A stretch of 63,978 nucleotides of DNA, the filler included, from an uncultured bacterium (GTDB taxonomy: Bacteria; CAYSBA01): NCBI GenBank assembly GCA_964429075.1. It is 15 parts of 15 records of this genome, joined end to end, with 100 filler letters (N's around TTAATTAATTAA, not from the genome) between each part and the next. Parts side by side here need not be neighbours in the genome. Positions count along the whole stretch, not along the records: positions 17,762 to 22,020 come from CAYSBA010000157.1; positions 22,121 to 26,353 come from CAYSBA010000158.1; positions 26,454 to 30,684 come from CAYSBA010000159.1; 12 more parts are not named here. One strand, 5' to 3'. The position numbers were made by a program, and so were the translations under genes. Shown here in pieces: positions 19,414 through 30,784 of the stretch. The notes beneath the pieces are model-generated. The model ran no database searches. It had not been told where the DNA came from and worked only from the letters and a program-made list of their open reading frames with translations. How positions within the stretch are numbered: the first letter of the stretch is position 1; each line of letters opens with the position of its first letter.

Positions 19414-20736
19414 TTATCCTCCAATCCTGTCCTTTAGTATGGTTGATAATTTTTTCTTTGTCTCTTCATCCATCTCATAAAATACCCTTGTATGGGGTTT
19501 GTTTATGTTGATGAGTTTACCAAGATCAATGGGCGTTGCAATCACAACACTGTCACAATCGGTTCGATTAATTGTTGTTTCAAGGTCTCTTATCTGCTGT
19601 TCACCATAGCCCATGGCCGGAAGAAGTGTTCCAATACCAGGATATTTAATATATGTCTCTTTTATTGAGTCTACAGTGTATGGACGGGGATCAACTATCT
19701 TTTTTGCATGATACTTACGTGAAGCAATAACCCCTGCACCATACTTCATCTCACCATGAGTGAGGGTTGGACCATCCTCTACGACAAGCACTCTTTTGTT
19801 TTCTATCAATGATGGATCTGTAACTGTTATAGGAGATGAGGCCTCGAGTATTGTTGCGTTTTTGTTGTATTTTCTTACTTCATCTTTTACCTTTGCAATA
19901 TTTTCTTCACTTGCTGTATCAACCTTATTAATAATTATAATATCTGCCATAAGAAGGTTAACAAATCCTGGATAGTAGGTTGTTTCATGACCCGGTCTGT
20001 GGGGGTCAACAACAGTTATATATATATCCGGCACATAGAATGAGGTATCGTTATTCCCTCCATCCCATACAATAACGTCTGCTTCTGATTCTGCCTCATT
20101 AAGAATTGCACCATAATCTACTCCTGCATAGACTATAGTATTATTTCTAATGTGTGGTTCATACTCTTCTCTCTCTTCGATAGTGCAGTTGTACTTATCG
20201 AAGTCAGAAAAATCAGCAAATCTTTGGACCTTTTGGGCAACAAGGTCTCCATACGGCATTGGATGTCTAACTGCTACCACTTTTTGACCAAGATCTGATA
20301 GTATAGAGCATATTGCACGAGTTGTCTGACTCTTCCCACAGCCTGTTCTTACTGCACAGACTGCCACGACAGGTTTTCTGGATTTTAACATTGTGGAACT
20401 TGGAGATACAAGCTGAAAATCTGCACCTGCAGAAAGGGCTATTGATGCCCTTTTCATAACATAATCGTGTGACACATCACTGTAGGAAAATACAACAAGA
20501 TCAACATCTTTTTCTCTTATAATTTCTGCGAGATCATCCTCGGGTAGAATAGGTATTCCATCGGGATAGAGCTCACCAGCAAGCTGTGCAGGATATTTTC
20601 GATTGTCAATGTTGGGTATCTGTGTGGCAGTAAAGCATACCACATTGTACTTTGGGTTATCCCTGTAAAGGGTGTTGAAATTATGAAAATCCCTGCCAGC
20701 TGCACCAAGGATAACTACATTTGTTCTCTTTGCCAT
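19414..20736 (-). CDS. arcE: P-loop NTPase, likely arginine synthetase (ArcE family; often auto-annotated as GTPase or cDPG synthase)
   Basis: ILGAAGRDFHNFN, FTATQIP, RTGCGKSQT, IEEREEYEPH, WDGGNND, VVEDGPTLTHG, LPAMGY; sits directly upstream of OTC and carbamate kinase. Family match from memory. Confidence 0.75.
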   Translation of the reverse strand: MAKRTNVVILGAAGRDFHNFNTLYRDNPKYNVVCFTATQIPNIDNRKYPAQLAGELYPDGIPILPEDDLAEIIREKDVDLVVFSYSDVSHDYVMKRASIALSAGADFQLVSPSSTMLKSRKPVVAVCAVRTGCGKSQTTRAICSILSDLGQKVVAVRHPMPYGDLVAQKVQRFADFSDFDKYNCTIEEREEYEPHIRNNTIVYAGVDYGAILNEAESEADVIVWDGGNNDTSFYVPDIYITVVDPHRPGHETTYYPGFVNLLMADIIIINKVDTASEENIAKVKDEVRKYNKNATILEASSPITVTDPSLIENKRVLVVEDGPTLTHGEMKYGAGVIASRKYHAKKIVDPRPYTVDSIKETYIKYPGIGTLLPAMGYGEQQIRDLETTINRTDCDSVVIATPIDLGKLININKPHTRVFYEMDEETKKKLSTILKDRIGG

Positions 20737-20757
20737 ATAATCCTCCACTTATAGGAT

Positions 20758-22020
20758 TTACTGTTTTAAAGCCTCTTCGATTATATCCACCGCTTTATCG
20801 AGATCCTCTTTTTCTACGATAAGGGGTGGGATAAAACGGATATTGTTGCCATAAAGTCCACAGGAAATGAGTATTAATCCCTTTTCAAGGGCGTAATTTT
20901 GTATCTTTTTAAACAGCTCTGGTGCAGGATTTCCATCAGCATCCACAAGTTCTATTCCTATCATATATCCCAAACCCCGTACATCTCCGATTGAGTCGAT
21001 CCTTTCCTGCAGGTCTTTTAGTCTTTTTATAACATATTCTTAGAGCATGCTCGCCTTTTCAAGCAGTCCTTCCTCTTTTATTACCGATATTGTTGCAAGT
21101 GAGGCGGCGCAAGATACAGGATTACCACCAAAGGTTGTCCCATGTGCACCTGTTGGCCAGCGATCCATAAGCTCTTTACTCGCACACACAGCACTCAAAG
21201 GGAATCCAGATGCAATACCTTTGGCTATAGACATAATATCTGGGGTTACCCCAAAGTGTTCTGATGCAAACCATTTTGCAGTTCTTCCAAAACCTGTCTG
21301 TACCTCATCGAAGATAAGCATACAATTTGTACGATCCGCGAGTTCCCGCAGGTATTTCATAAATTCTGCAGGTGGAACTACATAACCGCCCTCACCCTGC
21401 ACAGGTTCGATTACTATACACGAAAGATCATCAGGATCGAGTTCAGTTTTCAACATACCCTCGATAAAATCAATACATTCAAAGTTACAGCTGTCTTTTT
21501 TCTGACCAAAGGGGCAACGGTAGCAGTATGGAAAAGGAGCCCTATAAACATCCGGCAAGAGGGGAGAGTATCCGTGACGGTATTTAACGTTGGAGGATGT
21601 GATGCTTACGGTACCCATTGTCCTTCCATGAAAGGCGCCTCTAAATGCGAGGATTGCATTTTTGCCTGTAACATATTTAGCAAGTTTGATGCTCCCTTCC
21701 ACCGCCTCAGCACCACCGTTGGAAAAGAAAAATGAATCAATCACACCCGGAGTAATCTCAGAGAGTTTCTCTGCAAGATCCACGATAGTGTCATAGAGGA
21801 ATACACAACCAGAATGGATCAGCTTTTCCAGTTGCAATTTAGCGACCTCCACAACCTTTGGATGGTTATGACCTATATTTGTGGTTGCTGTACCACACGA
21901 AAAGTCGAGATATTTTTTACCATCACTGGTATATACATATTTACCTGCTGCTTTTACTACATGTAGATTGGTGTCCCAACCAAGGGCGTTGGATATAAAT
22001 TTTTCTTTTCTCTTCAGTAT
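20758..22020 (-). pseudogene. Class III PLP aminotransferase (GabT/ornithine aminotransferase-like) with in-frame TAA at 21040-21042; 5' truncated
   Basis: One frame from contig edge: YLDFSCG..NIGHNHP, FHGRT, EPVQGEGG, DEVQTGFGRT, IAKG, TFGGNP, then KASML*EYVIKRL..GDVRGLGYMIGIE..IRFIPPL in the same frame. Confidence 0.8.
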
Positions 22021-22274
22021 NNNNNNNNNNNNNNNNNNNNNNNNNNNNNNNNNNNNNNNNNNNNTTAATTAATTAANNNNNNNNNNNNNNNNNNNNNNNN
22101 NNNNNNNNNNNNNNNNNNNNTCACTGATTACATCTTGATAAAAAGTTAGATTAAACTTTGTAACATAATAATGTGTTGCCAAAATGATTTGTGTTCATAT
22201 GCACTACTTATAACAGTGGTTGAAATGTTAGTGCAGTTGTGATAAATTAAATGAAATTTTAGTTAGGAGAATTA

Positions 22275-23476
22275 ATGAAAAACAAGATATTGGTTGCCCT
22301 TTTGATATCACTTCAGCTGGTATATATGCCANNNNNNNNNNATATAGCTCTGTTTTTCCGGCAGAAAAAAAGAATACAAGTTCAGAAACACAGGATAAAA
22401 CTAAACAGGATGCCCTAAAAAATGTCAAAGATAACAAAAATACTGATCAAAAAGACAATAAAAATTCAACTGATACATCAAAAAAAGAACATACAAATTT
22501 AAAGAACAAAAGTGTAAACAGACCGAGACTTGCGCTTATGGGTATTTCCTACCAGAAGGTTGATCCAAAGCTGGTAGAGGCCCTTGAGGAAGCCTCAGCA
22601 AATGCAATGGCCGAGTCAAACCTCTATGAGATCATCACTACATCAGATGTAAAGACGATGCTACAATTAAAGCAACGCCAGCAGATGATGGGATGCGATT
22701 CCGGTAGCTGCTTGCAGGATCTTGGTGATATACTGGGAGTACAATTTCTGGCAAAAGGAATGATCACAGGTCTTGGTAAAAAGAGATACAATGTCTCTTT
22801 TAAACTTATCGATATTACCAAGGGTGTGGTCAAAAATAGATTGGATAGAATAGTAGAAGGAGGTAGGGAGGCACTTTTGTTGGTGGTGAAAGATCTCTCC
22901 TATATGCTTCTTACTGGGAAAAAGAGGGTGCACACCGGGATTTTGCTACTAAAAGTTAATCAGAAAGGTGCTGCTGTTATTGTGGATGGTAAAAAGATCG
23001 GGGCCTATCCTCTAAAAAAGGACCTGATCCTCGAGAAGGGTGAGCATACGGTTGTTGTAGAAAAAGATGGTTTCATAACCTGGAAGGGTAATGTGACCAT
23101 AGAGCCCGGCCAGCAATCAACTGTTGAGGCATCACTTATGCCAAAATCAGAGATTAAGATAAATGTCGAAAAGAGTAAATTGGATCGTTGGGCCTGGGTA
23201 GTACTTGGCCTTGGCCTTGCTGTAGGTGGTGGTGGTACCTATTTTGGTTCAAAGGCAGACAAAAATTATAAACAGTATAACGATGCAAACTCGAGAGACG
23301 ATGCCCTTCGCTATAAAGACCAGACCCAGAAAAATGCAAAAGTTGCAAATATTATGCTGCTAAGTGCAGCTTTAAGTGGTGTAATTTCTGCTGTCCTGTT
23401 TACAACAGATGCTGTATTTGAAAAGGCAAAAGAGCAGCCAAGAGAGTCTAATTCTGTTATACCTAACAGCTATTGA
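22275..23476 (+). CDS. Secreted PEGA-domain protein (10-N gap near 5' end)
   Basis: AGGAGA RBS and signal peptide at 22275, charged linker, GC...CL..LG..LG domain, PEGA (VIVDGKKIG.YPL..GEHTVVVEKDGF), C-terminal hydrophobic helices. Confidence 0.7.
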
Positions 23477-23486
23477 GAGGTTTGTT

Positions 23487-26353
23487 ATGAAATCAATGAT
23501 AAATACTAAATTTCTTCTGACAACAATACTTGGTATTAGTATCTTATCCTCCTGTAAATACAGCTTTAACAATCCTGTAGAAAATCTGTCCCCTGGCCAG
23601 ATAAGGGGCCAGCTTGTCAAGCAAAAAGAGGGTAGTGGTGAGCTCGTAACACTTGATGAAGGTGGTAAAAAGTACAGGTGTAAGGTCTCATTGATGGGTT
23701 CAAGCCTTTCTGTTGAAGTTGGTAAAGACAGATCATATATATTCAACTTCTATGGGCTCGGACCGGGTGAGTATGGAATTTTTGCAGAATGTAATGAAAC
23801 GGGGGGAGAGGTTCTGCAGGGTAAATTGGGCAACGTGGTATTGAAGAGTGCAATAGATGCAGTTGATCTCGGTAAGATCCCTGTTGGTTTTACTGGTTCT
23901 GTTGTAGGGCAGGTAAGTAGCAATGATCAGGTGGTTCCAGGCGCAAAGGTAATAATAAAGGGTACCCCACTTATTACAGAAACTGCTGAGAGTGACATAA
24001 CCATCGATGGGGTAAATCTGTCTGAGGGTGGATTTTATTTCCCCCATGTAGGTGTAGGTAATATTTCTGTGTATGCCTACAAAGAGGGTGTTGGATTTGG
24101 TAAGGTTGAAAACATAAAGGTAGAATCTCGTCAACAGACAGAGGTGGGTATAATAATCCTTCAAAAAAAGGATGATAAGTGCACTATAAAAGGTACTGTT
24201 GTTGCAGGAGGAAAGGCAAGTTTTGATCAGGGTCAGTTTTTTGCAAGGCTTAAGGGTTATGACAAAAATTCCACTCTATGTCAGACGGCTCTGGATGAGA
24301 GGGGATGTGAGTTGAGGTCAGAGACCTTTGAGCTCGAAGCAGATGCCGGTGTATATACCCTTGTTATCAGTGATCAAAAGGGTGTATTCAGAGATGTTAT
24401 TGTAGAGGGTGTCATCTGTGATTGGGGTAAGGAGACCGATATGGGTGATCTCCCTGCCTTTCCAGTAAGCTACGATAAGGGAGATGGCAAGGTGACCTCT
24501 GATTGCGATGGTGATGGTATAGCAGACGATCAGGATGATGACGATGACAACGATGGAATTGTTGATAAACTTGAGGATGTAGAGTGTGTTTGCGATCCTA
24601 CAGGTATAAAGTATGATTCAGAAAAAAACGAATGTTCTGAAAATTATGGTGTAGGTAATGATAGGAGGCCTATAGTTGATGCTGGTGGTGATATTGACAA
24701 TGTAAATGTTAACGATCTTGTTGAATTGCCGTCTAATGCCTTTGATCCAGATGGAGATCAGATAACAGAAGAATGGCAGGTTATCGATGAACCACAGGAT
24801 GTTGGATACGACCTCTTTAAAGAGGGTGGGAGTTACTTCTTTATTGCATATGACAAAGGGACCTTTACCTTAATGTACAGGGCTTCAGATGGCCTGCTCT
24901 ATAGCAGCCCTGATTATATTAACATCGTTGTGAACAACTGGCCGCCAGATGTAACAGTAACAGGTCCTCAGCAGGCCTTTGTAGGAGAGACAGTTGAGCT
25001 TGTTGCAGAGGTTAACGACAGAGATGGCGATGATGTGTATCTCAGCTGGGAATTTGTAACAAAGCCCGATGGCTCTTCTGCTGAAATTTCTGGTGTAAAT
25101 CCAGTTAGTTTTGTGCCCGATGTGGCAGGCACCTACACTGTGAGGGTTACTGCAGATGATACAAAAACCACACAAGCTGCAGAAATTACTATCAATGTGT
25201 CAGAGAAGCCACCTACACCTGTAATTACAACACAAGGTCCAATATTTGCATCTGTTGGTGATGAAGTTACCTTAGATGGTGAAAATTTAGATAATTGTAG
25301 AGTGTTTTTTACAGGTAGTAATGGTGATCCTATTGAGGCAAGGGTGACTCAAAACACTCTAACATCGATATCATTTTTAGTACCTCTTGGGGCAAAATCT
25401 GGTATGATGGATGGAAGTGGTGCCCAGAGTCTTTTGATATCCTGTAACAGTGGCGATACAACCTTCTTGGGTCTTGTTGTAAGTAACTCACAGGTTTCGA
25501 CTCTCTGGACGAGTAACAGTGGAGACTTTATTTACAGTAACATTAGTCACTATGCTACATTTTTATACGGGCCATATTTAATAGTTGTCCGAAACTCAGG
25601 GATGAGTGGTTCTTCTGATACACATTTAGATGTCTGGGATTTTACTGATCCAACAAATCCTACTTCAACATTAGATGTTACAACTATTTCTGGAGCATAT
25701 ATTACACAGACCGTTGTAGATGTTACAAACAAGGTTGCATATTTGCTATCTGAAGGTGAGTACGGTGTTGTTATCTATAAAGTAGATCTTACCTTATTGC
25801 CAAATACAATTACAGTACAAAATTTAGTTTCTGAATCATCGGTATACAGTGCTACTATGTTACTTTACAAAAACTATCTTTTGATGATTGCAGATGCACT
25901 TTATTATCTTGATCTGAACGATCCAGCTTCTGGTATAAACACAATTCAATTTGCTGATCTTGGGCTTGGTGCAAGCTGGATATCCAATGCAACTGTTGTT
26001 GGGGATTACCTTCTTGTTATGGATTATGATCAACAGCAGAGACAATCGATTATAGTAGTTCTTAAACTTGATCCCTCTGATCTTACACAGACAACAAATA
26101 TTGGAACATTAACCACCTTGGGTAGTAATCCCCAGGTAGAATTTGCTAAATATAGTGATGGAATATTTATATTACAGAACGATACAAACAACCTGCAGAC
26201 ATACCTCTTTTATCTTAGCCAGCAGGACATCGCTACATTGAACATGCCTTCGTATACATACGCTATCTCAAATCAGGCATTGTTAGATTTTATGGGAACT
26301 ATTTCATACAATATCGGATTCATGACTCAGGTGGATAATCGATTGTATATATC
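23487..26353 (+). CDS. Large modular surface lipoprotein, 3' truncated
   Basis: Lipobox ILSSC; carboxypeptidase-regulatory-like repeats, TSP3-like DCDGDGIADDQDDDDDNDG, PKD/Ig repeats (P.VDAG, DPDGD), IPT-like segment, then propeller-like region. Confidence 0.75.
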
Positions 26354-26496
26354 NNNNNNNNNNNNNNNNNNNNNNNNNNNNNNNNNNNNNNNNNNNNTTA
26401 ATTAATTAANNNNNNNNNNNNNNNNNNNNNNNNNNNNNNNNNNNNNNNNNNNNGTCTTATCTACAATTTTTCATAATCTGTTAATCTGGGGAAAGA

Positions 26497-28350
26497 GTGA
26501 ATAAAATTATCAATGAAAACAGGATCGCAGGATTAGATCTAAAAATTAAAATACTATACATCATCGTCATATCTGGAGCATTATTAATCATAACAAGACT
26601 CTGGGATCTCCAGATCAAAAGAGGTGCATTTTATAAAAGACTATCCAAGAACAATATCATCAAAGATATCAAAGTGCCTCATCTGAGAGGAAGACTCTTT
26701 GACAGAAAGGGTAGACTCATTGCAGGTAACGGACCATCTTTTCAGATCCTTATCAGTCCTGTTACATTCAAAAATACAAAAAGGTCCTGGGACATCCTGC
26801 AAAAAACACTCAATTTTTCGGATGAACAGATATTATTACTAAAAAAAGAGATTGAATCAAAACGGGGATACGAGAGATTCCGAGATATTGTAATAATGCA
26901 GGATGTTGATCTTGACACTGTTGCAGGGCTTGAAGCCAGAAGACCTCTGATTGATGGAATTGATATCGTGACAACGCCAATCAGATACTACAACAATATT
27001 GCTACAAGTCTCTTTCACCAGGTCGGTTATACCGGTCATATAACACAGAAGCTTTTCAAAAAATTGAAGAAAAAAGGATATGATATTACTGACAGGGTTG
27101 GACTTTCTGGAATTGAGAGGGTCTATGAAGATTACCTGAGGGGCAAGGATGGATTTCGAAGAATTGTAGTCGATTCACACGGTGTCAGATTGGACGATCA
27201 GACAGCCAGAGAGATCTTAAGTGATGAAGAGTTTTTTTCGCCACCTATATCAGGAGATGATCTATTTTTAACTATTGACATAGATATTCAGAAGGAGATT
27301 GTAGACACCTTTTCTGGCCATTCTGGTGCTATTGTTGCTATGGATCCCAAAAATGGAGAGATACTCGGCATTGCAAGCTTCCCAAGTGTGGATCCAAATC
27401 TTTTGATCAGGGGGTTGAGTAAAAAAGATAAGGAAATGCTCGATTCAAACCCCTACAGTGTATGGCTAAACAGGGTAACATCAGCGCTCTATTCACCGGG
27501 TTCTACAATAAAACCATTTATCCTGTATGCTGCAATGAAAGAGGGTGTCATTAATGAAAAGAGCTTTGTAAATTGTAAAGGTGGTCTCTTTTTTGGAAAG
27601 AGATTTTTTAAATGCTGGAAAAGGTCAGGTCATGGGTATGTGGACCCTATAAAGGCGATATATGCTTCATGTGATACATTTTTTTATAAGATTGGCACCA
27701 TCCTTTCTGCTGATACAATTGCCAGGTATTTAAGGATGTTTGGGTTTGGAGAATCTACCGACATAGACTGGACAAAAGACAAAAGTGGGCTTGTGCCAGA
27801 CTCATCCTACTATAAAAAAAGATATGGCTATGTGGCCGGTGGATTTAATCTAAACACAGCAATCGGTCAGGGTGATCTGCTTGTAACATCTCTCCAGCTT
27901 GCAGTTGCCTACTCAGCACTGATAAACGGTGGTAAGATCGTTGTGCCACAGATAGTAAAAACTATAAAGGATAAGGAAGGAAGAATAATAAAAAAATACA
28001 AAGTGAAGATAAAAAGACACATACCTCTTGATGAAAAGATAGTTGATATAATTAAAAAAGGACTTTTTTCTGTGGTAAACAGACCAGGTGGTACTGCCTA
28101 TTTTAGAAAATCAAAGATCTTTAAGGACTTAATTGCTGGAAAGACAGGTACAGTACAGACTGTCTCAAAGAACAAAAACAGCCTGAGAAAATTTAAAGAT
28201 AATGCCCTTTTTGTTGGTTTTGCACCCTATGATAATCCTGAAATTGTGGTAGTAGTGATCAATGAAGGTGCGGGACACGGAAGTTCAGGTGCAGCACCTA
28301 TTGCAATACGGATAATTGAGAAATTTCTTGAATTGAACTTTCAGGGCTAA
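26497..28350 (+). CDS. mrdA: Penicillin-binding protein 2
   Basis: N-terminal TM, RG.LFDRKG, GLSGIE, PGSTIK (SxxK), SCD (SxN variant), AGKTGT. Confidence 0.93.
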   Translation: MNKIINENRIAGLDLKIKILYIIVISGALLIITRLWDLQIKRGAFYKRLSKNNIIKDIKVPHLRGRLFDRKGRLIAGNGPSFQILISPVTFKNTKRSWDILQKTLNFSDEQILLLKKEIESKRGYERFRDIVIMQDVDLDTVAGLEARRPLIDGIDIVTTPIRYYNNIATSLFHQVGYTGHITQKLFKKLKKKGYDITDRVGLSGIERVYEDYLRGKDGFRRIVVDSHGVRLDDQTAREILSDEEFFSPPISGDDLFLTIDIDIQKEIVDTFSGHSGAIVAMDPKNGEILGIASFPSVDPNLLIRGLSKKDKEMLDSNPYSVWLNRVTSALYSPGSTIKPFILYAAMKEGVINEKSFVNCKGGLFFGKRFFKCWKRSGHGYVDPIKAIYASCDTFFYKIGTILSADTIARYLRMFGFGESTDIDWTKDKSGLVPDSSYYKKRYGYVAGGFNLNTAIGQGDLLVTSLQLAVAYSALINGGKIVVPQIVKTIKDKEGRIIKKYKVKIKRHIPLDEKIVDIIKKGLFSVVNRPGGTAYFRKSKIFKDLIAGKTGTVQTVSKNKNSLRKFKDNALFVGFAPYDNPEIVVVVINEGAGHGSSGAAPIAIRIIEKFLELNFQG

Positions 28351-28351
28351 C

Positions 28352-29533
28352 TCAGTCAAACTTAAAAAATATTTCCACTTTATCAATTTTTTTGTGCGAT
28401 TCAATTTCTCTTTTCAACTTTCCTGCAACATCTTTCAACAATTTAATATCGGATGATCCTGATCTATCTACAAGGAAAACATAAACTAATATTTTGCCAT
28501 AAAGGAAATGTAGAGAGTATTCTAACAGTTCAATCTTGTCACTATACTTTTTTGTAACCTCTGAAAGGTAATCATCAAGTTCACTCCTTGTAAGATCGTA
28601 ATAGACGCCGTGCACATCATTTTCTGCATCGATATGTACCATTACATCTGCGACCATCTTTAGCTCATTAATAAGCCTTCTTCTAACCCGCTCTGCTATG
28701 TTGTGACCTTCTGACACACTCAACTTTTCATCAACCATTACATGTACATCAATCCAGATAAAACCACCAGATTTTCTCGTCTTAAGCATGTGATAGTGTT
28801 TCACCCCCTCTGTATCTAAAATAATTTTATCTATCTTTTTCAGAGTAGGTTCAGGCAGGGTCATATCTGTGAGTCTTGAGAGTGTATCCTTAACTAAATC
28901 ATATGAGGCCTTCATTATAAAAAGGCCAACTACTATTGCTGAAAGAGGGTCCATCACAGGAAAACCTATGATAGCACCTCCAATACCAACAAATGCAGCA
29001 ACAGATGAGAGTGCATCTGAACGATGGTGCCAAGCGTTGGCTATAACAGCGTTGTTGTTGTGTCTTTTCCCAACTACAAGGGTAGCCCTGAAAAGTGCCT
29101 CCTTTGATAGGATAGACAACAGTACTATTATAAGTGTATAAACTTCTGGTGGCTCTACAGTTGCTGCTGTCAATCTTTTTGTACCGGATACAAGGATCGA
29201 TATAGATGTCACAAACAGGATACACCCAATCAAAAAGGTAAAGATATCCTCTATCTTACCGTGGCCGTAGGAGTGAGTACTGTCCATTGGTTTCCCACCT
29301 ATCAAAGTTCCAAAATAGGCCATCATATCTGTTATAAGATCTGAGAATGAATGTACCCCATCTGCAATAAGTGCATAACTACCACCTAAATATCCAAAAA
29401 GGATCTTGATCACCGACAAAAGGATATTTACAACCGAACCGATAAAGATGATCCTCGAAGATGCTTTTTGTCTCTTGAGGTCTCTTTTAGAAACCTGCCC
29501 CTTTACATGAATTTTTTTTACCTGCTCAGACAT
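28352..29533 (-). CDS. Cation diffusion facilitator family transporter
   Basis: ADGVHSFSD, HSYGHGKIE, AWHHRSD, dimerisation domain DVHV..EGH..VHID. Confidence 0.92.
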   Translation of the reverse strand: MSEQVKKIHVKGQVSKRDLKRQKASSRIIFIGSVVNILLSVIKILFGYLGGSYALIADGVHSFSDLITDMMAYFGTLIGGKPMDSTHSYGHGKIEDIFTFLIGCILFVTSISILVSGTKRLTAATVEPPEVYTLIIVLLSILSKEALFRATLVVGKRHNNNAVIANAWHHRSDALSSVAAFVGIGGAIIGFPVMDPLSAIVVGLFIMKASYDLVKDTLSRLTDMTLPEPTLKKIDKIILDTEGVKHYHMLKTRKSGGFIWIDVHVMVDEKLSVSEGHNIAERVRRRLINELKMVADVMVHIDAENDVHGVYYDLTRSELDDYLSEVTKKYSDKIELLEYSLHFLYGKILVYVFLVDRSGSSDIKLLKDVAGKLKREIESHKKIDKVEIFFKFD

Positions 29534-30684
29534 TTATAAAGATCAGACACCCCTTCTCTATTCGTAAAAAGAGTTACATGATCCCCGGGTTCTATAACGG
29601 TCTCACCGTCTACAATAATTATCTTGTCGTTCCTTTTTACAGAAACAACTTTACATTCGTGTGGAAGTTCCAGTTCTTTTACCTTTTTACCGGCAATCAG
29701 CATATCTGGATTTACCTGTATTTCAAAAAATTCCATATCATCTGCAGAAATCTGATAGTGTTGTCTTGCTTTGTTATAGGCGTTAATAATATCGGTCCTT
29801 GTAAGGATACCAACCAGCTCTCCACTCTCTTGATCGACAACAGGTAGAGAATCAACATGGTAGATGTTCATAAGATTCAGTGCCTTGTTCAAACTACGAT
29901 GTCTGTCAATCGTTACTGGTGACTTTACACATACATCTCCGATCTTTACATCAAGATTTCCTTTTTTAATATAATCAACCACATCTAAAAGTGTGGTGAT
30001 CCCTACTACCCTGTTCTCGTCATCAAGGACAATATAGTTGTTGTGGTGGTCCTTTGAGACAAGTTCTACAAAATCGGCTATTGTTGAAGATGCCTTAACG
30101 GTTACAACCTTTCTTGTCATCCAATCTTCAACAAACAGACCCTGCAATATATCTACAATAAGTTCTCCAACATGTGCTGGTGATGTCAGCCTGCTTGTAA
30201 CCTGTTTTTCATAAATGGTATTTTTTCTTACAAGTAAAAATGAGGTTACACATGCGCACATTGAGGGGACCAGAAGGGTATAATTGCCTGTCATTTCACT
30301 TACCATAATAACGGTAGATATTGGGGCATTGGCAGCACCGGCAAAAAAGGATGCCATACCCACCAGAACAAATGAGCTTGGATTTGGGACAAGGTTGGGG
30401 AAGAGGTATGAAAAGGCTGCTCCGACTACACCTCCGATCATGCCTCCAATTACAATTGATGGGCCAAACACACCACCTGAACCACCACTTCCAATAGACA
30501 TCCCTGTTGCAATTATCTTTAAAACAGCAATTGCAAGCATGGTTCCTATGGCAAGCTTTCCCATAAGGGCAAGTTGAAGTTCACCATAGCCCATACCTAT
30601 AGCACCGGGTACAAAACAACCTATAATTCCAACAATAAGACCCCCAATGGCAGGCTTGATGTGGTCTGGAATTGGTAAGGCCTT
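29518..30684 (-). CDS. ClC chloride channel/antiporter with CBS pair and TrkA-C domain, 5' truncated
   Basis: GSGGVFGP, NAPIST, IYEKQ, tandem CBS domains, C-terminal GKKVKEL.LP...VKR...EPGD. Confidence 0.9.
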   Translation of the reverse strand, partial: KALPIPDHIKPAIGGLIVGIIGCFVPGAIGMGYGELQLALMGKLAIGTMLAIAVLKIIATGMSIGSGGSGGVFGPSIVIGGMIGGVVGAAFSYLFPNLVPNPSSFVLVGMASFFAGAANAPISTVIMVSEMTGNYTLLVPSMCACVTSFLLVRKNTIYEKQVTSRLTSPAHVGELIVDILQGLFVEDWMTRKVVTVKASSTIADFVELVSKDHHNNYIVLDDENRVVGITTLLDVVDYIKKGNLDVKIGDVCVKSPVTIDRHRSLNKALNLMNIYHVDSLPVVDQESGELVGILTRTDIINAYNKARQHYQISADDMEFFEIQVNPDMLIAGKKVKELELPHECKVVSVKRNDKIIIVDGETVIEPGDHVTLFTNREGVSDLYKCLSR

Positions 30685-30784
30685 NNNNNNNNNNNNNNNN
30701 NNNNNNNNNNNNNNNNNNNNNNNNNNNNTTAATTAATTAANNNNNNNNNNNNNNNNNNNNNNNNNNNNNNNNNNNNNNNNNNNN

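Noticed and set aside
19414-20736. Annotation as cyclic 2,3-diphosphoglycerate synthase or generic GTPase
   Set aside because: Operon context with OTC and carbamate kinase, no 2-phosphoglycerate kinase nearby, and the GAAGRDFHNFN N-terminus favour ArcE. Still needs phylogenetic confirmation.
21040-21042. Recoding (Sec/Pyl or alternative genetic code) at the aminotransferase stop
   Set aside because: The codon is TAA, not TGA or TAG, and TAA terminates many other genes here normally.
22228-22437. Minus-strand ORF spanning the 10-N gap
   Set aside because: Shadow of the PEGA gene's 5' end, which has an RBS and signal peptide on the + strand.
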